In this document: positions 23,801 through 29,606 of the stretch, piece by piece | Numbering within the stretch: position 1 is the stretch's first letter | Layout: the number at the start of each line of letters is the position of its first letter | Source of the DNA: a virus | Taxonomy: Duplodnaviria; Caudoviricetes | Virus record (IMG/VR): IMGVR_UViG_3300047666_001043 | Span: 1 to 29,606 of that record | Reading direction: 5' to 3' (one strand) | DNA: 29,606 nt | Notes under the pieces: model-generated | Told to the model about the DNA's origin: nothing | Databases searched by the model: none | Seen by the model: the letters and a program-made list of their open reading frames with translations, nothing else | Translations under genes and position numbers: made by a program

Positions 23801-26285
23801 GCTTCTTAGATAACGCAGGGAAAGTTGGAATCTCAACATTTGCGATTGCTAATTGATCTGTTGTAAGCTTTGGTGGAACAGGCATTTTCTGTTCTTCACC
23901 TTTAATGATAACAATCTCGCCATAAGAATCGCAAGCAATTGTATCAATTCTTGATAGGTAATGTTCTATACTTGTTTGTAATGATTGTTGTGCAGCAGGA
24001 ACCAACGCAGCTCCTTTACCACTAAACGATACTGTATTGAATCCAACCTGCGTTCCAATTGTTGGAGCATTACCTATAACTGCCAAATAATTTGCAGATG
24101 TATCTTTATTCACATGCGGTCTGAAATCAAAGCAATCTCTTAAGTTATATGTTTGACCTGACTCTGATACATAAGAAGGAATATCAAACTTACTTAGAGT
24201 ATTAGGATAACTGTTAATTGTAAAGAAGTATTTACCGGTTGAAGTATCTACCTCAAAGCATTGCAGATTAACCGTCATAACACCGCTTGGCTCAGGACGA
24301 CCTTCAATATATTCTACATAAGATAGATCGTAAAAAGTATCTTTCTGATTCTCTTTTAATCTAAAGCTACTTGTAAAATCTTCTCCTGACGCATTTGTAA
24401 TACTTACAATTTTAAATACATCTGGAAAACCTAAACTGTATTGTGTTTTAACGTTTGAGTAACTAAACTTAATATAAGTATCACGTAATGTTTTAGCATA
24501 AGGTGAGATACCATCCGATGAACCGATCTGTCTTTTATTATAAAATACTTCTACTGAACCATTTAAACCACTTGCACAAACAATATTAAGTTGTGAATTA
24601 TTCAAAGCGGTGGTGGTACTTATAACAGGATATGTTGTTCCTGCCAAGTTAACTCGAATATCGTCGTTAAGACAATTAAAATCTTCGCCTGGTCCTGCAG
24701 TTAATGTAATCGTGCCGGTTGTTGCCGTTCCTGTATTCTGAGCTCTACAAGGAACAAGAGTATTTGATGTTGCGAATATTCCGTTAATACCAGTATCAAA
24801 GACTAATGCTTTTCTTCCTGTTTCTTTAATAACAGGTGAACCGATAGAATTTGTTCTTATAGGTACATCACCACTACCATCTGATAATTTGGTAATGTCT
24901 TTAATAGCTTGAGCACCGTTATATACAGCAGAGTGAATATAGATTCTTTTGTCTGTTATGTTTTGTACTGAGACTGCACCAACTGAACTACTTCCTGATG
25001 TTTGAGCATCTGCTGATGAAAGAATACCTAAATTCAAATAACCTTGCGAGGCACTTGTAGTATCAATTTCAAAATAGTTTCCATATTCCATTGAAACGTT
25101 TTGATTGTTAACTGTTTCGGTTTGTCCTATTTGATCTATTTGGAATGAACGTTCACCAGAATTTTCTACTCTATAGCCTTTCACATATGCAGTGCCAGGT
25201 CCAACGACACATTGTACTTCACTATTGGCAGCACCAGTAGGAATACGATCATCAGTAGTTATTGGGAACGTTTCTAAAATGTAATTACCAGATTCTTCGT
25301 AGGTACGTCGAGCCATCTCTTCGCCCAATACGTTGTATTGAGAAACGTCTCTTACAGTAATTGCATTACCATTTTGATAACGAGCCAACGTAAAGAAGTC
25401 TGAATTCTGAGTTCCGGCTGAAGTTTCCAATACTGTTAACGTAGGAACAAGTTTTAATCTGTCTGCACCTGGGGCATTTTCATTCCTAGAACCGTTTGCA
25501 TTATCGTATAGGCTGTTATCTTGTAGGTTATTAATTAATTTTTCTGATACTAAATAACCAACTGATTTATTATCGGCAACATTACTATATTTTTCGACAA
25601 CCAATCTTTGTTCTGCTGTAAATATAAAATGGCCTTTCTGAAATACAATACCAGGAGCAGCTTCGATACCGAATGCTCTACCAACATGTGGATTTCCTGC
25701 TGTAGGCGAACCATATACTGCAAGGCCTGTGTTAACAACAATATTAACTGATAAGGCTTCGTTCGTGGTTCCTCTTAAATATTTGAATCTCGTTACAACT
25801 AACGCTTCACCAGCTTGGAATTGAGTTTGACCTGCATTACCAATGTTAGTGTAGTTAATAAAGAAAGTATTTAGATTTGGTGGTCTTGTTTGAAAACCTT
25901 TTGCGGCTTGAACGATTTCTGCTTTAAGGCCAGAAGATTGTCCTTTTACCTGATAAACATAGTCAAGTGCAACTTCTTGACCTGCTAATGTTTCAACCGC
26001 AGATGTACTGATAAATGATTCTGCATTGAATCCTGTAGGGCCGTCATTTAGTTTTACGTATTGAAGATCATCAAGTTCTGTAAAGTTACAGCCTTTTACA
26101 ATTGAGCCTTCTTTGAATACGTTATCTCCAAATGATTCTACCTGATTTTGAAGTATGCTCTGGAGTTGTGTAAGTTCTCTTGCCTGTATCGCGTACCCAG
26201 GCTTGAACATAACTCGATAGAACTGCTTCTCGGCATCATAGTCATCGAAGTATGGTGCTTGGTTTAAGTTTTTATTAATAGGCAT
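20865..26285 (-). CDS. vrlC: VrlC/DUF4815-like large baseplate-associated structural protein
   Basis: 1806 aa. Recognisable N-terminus NLNQAPYFDDYD...FYRVMFKPGYAIQARELTQLQSILQNQ, plus APGADRLK, ARRTYEESGNY, NRFKNGFVVDPF and DPLAQTF motifs. It lies directly after gp8. Confidence 0.85.
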   Translation of the reverse strand: MPINKNLNQAPYFDDYDAEKQFYRVMFKPGYAIQARELTQLQSILQNQVESFGDNVFKEGSIVKGCNFTELDDLQYVKLNDGPTGFNAESFISTSAVETLAGQEVALDYVYQVKGQSSGLKAEIVQAAKGFQTRPPNLNTFFINYTNIGNAGQTQFQAGEALVVTRFKYLRGTTNEALSVNIVVNTGLAVYGSPTAGNPHVGRAFGIEAAPGIVFQKGHFIFTAEQRLVVEKYSNVADNKSVGYLVSEKLINNLQDNSLYDNANGSRNENAPGADRLKLVPTLTVLETSAGTQNSDFFTLARYQNGNAITVRDVSQYNVLGEEMARRTYEESGNYILETFPITTDDRIPTGAANSEVQCVVGPGTAYVKGYRVENSGERSFQIDQIGQTETVNNQNVSMEYGNYFEIDTTSASQGYLNLGILSSADAQTSGSSSVGAVSVQNITDKRIYIHSAVYNGAQAIKDITKLSDGSGDVPIRTNSIGSPVIKETGRKALVFDTGINGIFATSNTLVPCRAQNTGTATTGTITLTAGPGEDFNCLNDDIRVNLAGTTYPVISTTTALNNSQLNIVCASGLNGSVEVFYNKRQIGSSDGISPYAKTLRDTYIKFSYSNVKTQYSLGFPDVFKIVSITNASGEDFTSSFRLKENQKDTFYDLSYVEYIEGRPEPSGVMTVNLQCFEVDTSTGKYFFTINSYPNTLSKFDIPSYVSESGQTYNLRDCFDFRPHVNKDTSANYLAVIGNAPTIGTQVGFNTVSFSGKGAALVPAAQQSLQTSIEHYLSRIDTIACDSYGEIVIIKGEEQKMPVPPKLTTDQLAIANVEIPTFPALSKKQADILRKPGYSIKPRATGVKNYTMKDMHDLEKKIDNMAYYISLNQLESETDNLVVRDENGLNRFKNGFVVDPFNNLQLSEINHPQFNAAIPFNQKILTPSLKTFPLDLIYDSASGSSIFPSTADAKAATVGRNSNVEVINQPYASNFRNCVSNFYKYVGDGVISPPYDAAYDTTVNPASIDIDLTTPFQEFVDEIQAFLPMTDTSSVRNFVADGRRGAGTETTAITTRSSEITIDSSRTTEAFVGEFVSDFRFQPYMAARDIKVYMSGLRPNQRHYFFFDGVNVDAHIMPGSITADTVGEVGRYGDKGASVLTDANGVLRAVFHLPAETFYVGDRVLEIADVSVYDNISSASTSKGFVTYRAYNFSVEKTSLTTSTRSPNFDVNTTVTTRNVARRIRGRDPLAQTFFVKKGMGAGSNSIYLSDIDVYFRRKPTQTGSGGDDAAALNGVSLQIREVVNGYPTNRILPFANVHKLPANVNTSEDASTATTFTFEAPVRLDVEKEYSIVVQPDASDPNYLIYTSKVGGIDLTPGATKGSAITQDWGDGVLFTSTNNSAWKSYQDEDIKFAIRRHNFNSSTGTVKLTNANHEFLSLSNITGRFTPGELVYQLLSTPGNTGINTTAGSKTITGAQALDTVYAAGDYIRIVNTASAKIEIHKIASITNATTAILETPPSFSGAGTHMPVVAGELDLYDVQRNPYECHVAHSSATTTKQFNVGANIVGLDSTSTANVSAINDINLSYVQPMIMKANDSTSRTSLTGTFVPPSSTSTTYLKTMQFNDNNHFAEKGVILYSKSNDPAGVKAFTINIAMENGSNVTSTPFIDIESSKLIAYQYKITNDSDTTAKYISKKIELAEDLDAEDFNLILSAYRPSGTDIKVYIKAQNQYDSDSFDSLAWTELEKFEGVGSYSTISNLRDYREFKYKIKDANKTGSVESGPLTYTSQSGVFEGFKRFQIRIDLLSPNIHNAPTLKDYRGLALT

Positions 26286-26300
26286 CTTTACTTACGTTCC

Positions 26301-28289
26301 TTAAAATTCCAGTACAAATTTAAATTCTTCTCGCGAGAGATCGGTTCTTGCTAGTGGGAAGAAGTCCTCCATGAAGTACACTTCGCCCGTTCTCTGTTTG
26401 TAATCCGAATATGTAACATTATCTGCTACAGGATTATTTATTGTTATTCTCTGACCAGTATTTGAGGTTATTGCTAAATTTGGATTAAATGATGTATCTC
26501 CATTACCAACCAAAGCATTATTTCTATATGGTCCGATATATTCTGCTAAAAATACCGTATTTGAAGTTTCGTCAATCTCGTGTATTTGAGCGCTAAAGAC
26601 AACTTCGTTATTTACATCAATTTGGGTGATTGTGCTATTTGCGTTTAATCTTCCATAATCATTTGTTACAATCGCGATTCTATTATCAAAGATATCAGGT
26701 TCAGGTGCGGTATTTGCTTGACCGCTTCTCCATGTAGCCACGCCTGCCATATCTCTGAAAGTCGGGCTTCTTACAATACCAATACAGCCGTAAGTATTCT
26801 TATCTCCGATCTTTGTATTGTCTTCTGCTGTAATGAATCCATACATTGAAAAATGTTTACATCTAAATTCATCCAACAGACTATAACCATGACCGCCTTT
26901 CGGTTCAATGATAGGTTGAATAATTGCTCTTACATCTGCTGATTCAGTTCCGCCTGGGTTAAAATCAATGAGAGGATCTACAACAGTCGCAATAGCGTTA
27001 TTGTATCCTGTACCTTTATTTAAAAGAATAATTTTATTAATACCACCATTATCAATTTCAGGTACTGCTACTGCTCCATCACCGTCTCCGCTAATTTTAA
27101 CGCGAGGGAAGATTTTAATATTTGCATTAATCGTTGCTGTTGATACTAGGAAGTCTGTTAAACCTTTCCATGTACCGCCTGACGTATATCCGCCAAAGCT
27201 AGTACCATCAAGATTCAACGTTAATAATGAATTTGTTTTTAATTGGAATGTATCTGCATTCACAACTTGTACATAAAAAGTAGTTGCAGCAAGTGTATCT
27301 GTGTCTGCTTCATTTACATTTAATTCTGACATACCAACAACGTTTCTAAATGTAATTGGTTGACCATTTACTAAGTTATGAGATGTTGATGTAATTACGA
27401 CAGGCGATGCTAGAGTTGCATTCTCTACGTTCCCGCGCCGTGGATTTGATAATTCTTCACCTACAGTAATTTCCGCCAGACCATTTCCTTGAATCAGATT
27501 ATAAGCTTTTATTTCAAATAGATTCGTAACACTTGAACTTGGGTTTGTGGCATAAAAGAATTGACCTGTATAGTAATTTTCTGTTGCTTGCCAATCTTGC
27601 TCTTTTGGATCAATTTCTAATTTAACATTACCGTGAGAAGAAGGACCGCCAACTCGCTCTGGTGGACGACCATCGCCTTTTATAAGACCACTCTTTTCTT
27701 CGTACCCATTATTAACAATAGAATTAGTAACTTGAATCTCAGATATACCACCACCGTAAACCTCTGCTGGTTCAACGGTTGCAGTAGGATCAATTGGTAT
27801 ATAACCTAAAGCGTTATAACCTTCGAATTGTAATGTAGTGAGACGATACATATACTTCCAAACATAACCGTCGGCAGTTTCGTATACTTGATTTATATTA
27901 GCAGCATCAAAAGTAGGTGGTGCTTGTGAACCAACGTCTTCGTTATTATTAAGGCATTTATAAACTCTGTAATCATCAGTGTCGTTATCGTTTGGACCGA
28001 CTACGGCATAAAAGTTTAAACCATCAAGATCTATTTTATCATCGTATTCAGCATACACAATACCTCGTTGCCAAGGGTAATACTTTATCATAAAGTTAAT
28101 ATCTTGATTGCGTATCTTTTTACCAAATAACGTCTTTTCTAAAAATTCGTTTTGTGAAGTAGCAGAATCAACAGGCTCAATTCCACCTATGCTAGAAACA
28201 AACATATAATAGTCGTCATTAGCCTTTGCGTCAGCAATGAATAACTTATTAACGTCTTGATTAAAATTGTTTGTTAGAATTTCAGCCAT
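26301..28289 (-). CDS. gp8: Baseplate wedge subunit, T4 gp8-like, enlarged by insertions
   Basis: 662 aa with YRVYKCLNNN and ETADGYVWKYMY gp8 motifs, PKGGHG, and the C-terminus GEVYFMEDFFPLARTDLSREEFKFVLEF. Confidence 0.85.
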   Translation of the reverse strand: MAEILTNNFNQDVNKLFIADAKANDDYYMFVSSIGGIEPVDSATSQNEFLEKTLFGKKIRNQDINFMIKYYPWQRGIVYAEYDDKIDLDGLNFYAVVGPNDNDTDDYRVYKCLNNNEDVGSQAPPTFDAANINQVYETADGYVWKYMYRLTTLQFEGYNALGYIPIDPTATVEPAEVYGGGISEIQVTNSIVNNGYEEKSGLIKGDGRPPERVGGPSSHGNVKLEIDPKEQDWQATENYYTGQFFYATNPSSSVTNLFEIKAYNLIQGNGLAEITVGEELSNPRRGNVENATLASPVVITSTSHNLVNGQPITFRNVVGMSELNVNEADTDTLAATTFYVQVVNADTFQLKTNSLLTLNLDGTSFGGYTSGGTWKGLTDFLVSTATINANIKIFPRVKISGDGDGAVAVPEIDNGGINKIILLNKGTGYNNAIATVVDPLIDFNPGGTESADVRAIIQPIIEPKGGHGYSLLDEFRCKHFSMYGFITAEDNTKIGDKNTYGCIGIVRSPTFRDMAGVATWRSGQANTAPEPDIFDNRIAIVTNDYGRLNANSTITQIDVNNEVVFSAQIHEIDETSNTVFLAEYIGPYRNNALVGNGDTSFNPNLAITSNTGQRITINNPVADNVTYSDYKQRTGEVYFMEDFFPLARTDLSREEFKFVLEF

Positions 28290-28316
28290 TGTAATTTAAT
28301 TCTCTATATTTTAGTT

Positions 28317-28324
28317 TATTTATA
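28317..28324 (-). promoter_or_regulatory. T4-type late promoter TATAAATA
   Basis: Exact consensus in the intergenic gap upstream of the gp8-like ATG at 28289. Confidence 0.85.
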
Positions 28325-28333
28325 TCCATTGAA

Positions 28334-29606
28334 CTAACCTCTCTTTCTTATTCTTGGCCTTGGATACGCTAATCCACTTGTAGGTCTTGCTTTTGCATTT
28401 ACTTTTGGAAAACTCATTCCTGTTTCAGGTCTTTGGTTAATCCATCTTAATATTCTATTTGGTGAACCCTGTAGACTATTGAAATCAGTACTACTGTCAG
28501 TTCCTGTATCATACATTACATCTTTAGTTGCGTTTGCTTCTATCCAAGCATTGGCTTCAGCTTGAGTTATATTAGGATTGCTTTCTGCAAGTAATGCAAG
28601 TACACCACAAACTTGCGGACTCGCCATGCTTGTTCCGCTAATCTTACCGAGATAATACAAACTATTTCTAGAATCAGTAATACCACCATAACTATTTGTT
28701 AAAAATGAACTCATTATATTATCGCCAGCTGCATGAACATCAACTGCGTTACCACAAGTTGAGCTAACTCTTTTACGATCATCTCTATAAACATCTACTG
28801 CACCAACATTTAAAGTTGGTTCATTCACGCCAAGCGAGCCAGGTCTATTACTCGGTATGATAGCTGCATACGGATTTGATCCATTTCTTAGGTATAAAAA
28901 ATTCATATAATCTTGATCACCAACTTTAACATTTTTCTGAGCGTTATTTCCTGATGCCGTTACTATAATAATACCATCGGCTATTGCGTCATCGATATCT
29001 GCATTGATTGAGTTTGAAGCATAAGCGATATACCAATTGCCGTCAGATGGTACATGTACACCCCTTGCTTCTAATTCAGCATCAGTTAAATCACTACCTT
29101 GATCACCCCACTTATCGTAGGTTACTCCTCTATATCTAAGTATGCCAACTCCATCATTAGGACCGTTTGTAATGGCACTATCTTTAGTGATACCACCGCC
29201 ATAACTGTTATTAGTTATTGTAGGATTTCTTCTACCAGTTTCTGCATTAATTGGTTTTGTGTTATGCCATTCACGAATGTAATCCCATAACGTGGTAGGA
29301 GAAAGAGGTGAACTATTCACGACTTGGTTTACAGCACCGGCATAATAAAATTCTATACTATAAATATTTGCATCTCTAGCCCAGCCAAGAGTATTTCCTG
29401 CTACAGTACCACCAACATGAACACCATGATTAGTATCGTTCTCAACTCCTGTTGTACCATAATCATAAGTACCGTTTGCGCCAAGACCTAATTGATTTGT
29501 TAGAGAGAACCAATTAAACGCCTGTACTCTGCTTCCACCTGTTCCATCAGCGTTGACGGCAAACTCTGGGTGGGCTTGAGCAGTTGTTGTAATTGATCCA
29601 TCAACA
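28334..29606 (-). CDS. Subtilisin-like serine protease (family S8), 5'-truncated by the window edge
   Basis: The frame stays open beyond the track's 29320 start to the window end. Catalytic motifs: VDG (Asp 29600-29602), NHGVHVGGTVAG (His 29426-29428), ASGN (oxyanion Asn), SGTSMASPQVCG (Ser 28628-28630). Confidence 0.92.
   Translation of the reverse strand, partial: VDGSITTTAQAHPEFAVNADGTGGSRVQAFNWFSLTNQLGLGANGTYDYGTTGVENDTNHGVHVGGTVAGNTLGWARDANIYSIEFYYAGAVNQVVNSSPLSPTTLWDYIREWHNTKPINAETGRRNPTITNNSYGGGITKDSAITNGPNDGVGILRYRGVTYDKWGDQGSDLTDAELEARGVHVPSDGNWYIAYASNSINADIDDAIADGIIIVTASGNNAQKNVKVGDQDYMNFLYLRNGSNPYAAIIPSNRPGSLGVNEPTLNVGAVDVYRDDRKRVSSTCGNAVDVHAAGDNIMSSFLTNSYGGITDSRNSLYYLGKISGTSMASPQVCGVLALLAESNPNITQAEANAWIEANATKDVMYDTGTDSSTDFNSLQGSPNRILRWINQRPETGMSFPKVNAKARPTSGLAYPRPRIRKRG

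Noticed and set aside
27168-27431. A phage ubiquitin-like conjugation system suggested by the E1-FCCH-like segment
   Set aside because: There is no adenylation domain, catalytic Cys, E2 or ubiquitin-like gene. It is only a structural insert in gp8.
29318-29320. ORF-track start of the protease at GTG 29320
   Set aside because: The frame is open upstream and contains the catalytic Asp and His, so the true start is outside the window.
29359-29366. TATAAATA on the + strand
   Set aside because: It is antisense and inside the protease coding sequence (N-I-Y-S codons), so probably chance in AT-rich DNA.
1-29606. Diversity-generating retroelement, invertase shufflon, intron/intein or tRNA
   Set aside because: I saw no reverse transcriptase or recombinase, no adenine-specific template/variable repeat pair, and no splicing motifs. 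Intergenic gaps are short and I saw no cloverleaf.

Overview
A 29.6-kb, AT-rich segment of a large T4-like myophage genome (it resembles marine cyanophage/pelagiphage-type viruses), covering the baseplate and tail-appendage module. All ten credible genes lie on the minus strand, and T4-type late promoters (TATAAATA/AATAAATA) sit in several of the gaps. In transcription order: S8 subtilase (5'-truncated), gp8-like baseplate wedge, VrlC/DUF4815-like structural protein, 60-aa protein, short fibre with an S74 chaperone, a 3754-aa mosaic protein, a 141-aa protein, a 1735-aa Gly-X-Gln collagen fibre with an S74 chaperone, a 112-aa adaptor-like protein, and a further long fibre gene (3'-truncated, missing from the ORF track). 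The most striking observation is in the 3754-aa protein. It holds 11 intact repeats plus 1 degenerate repeat of a helical unit whose core (e.g. KCRRDTGYIIDAISHDIQYGGN) aligns in register with the Cys84 bilin-attachment helix of phycobiliproteins (alpha-phycocyanin [21 protein letters not shown], recalled from memory). This suggests a possible virion-borne multi-bilin protein. All family assignments come from reading motifs by eye; no searches were run.
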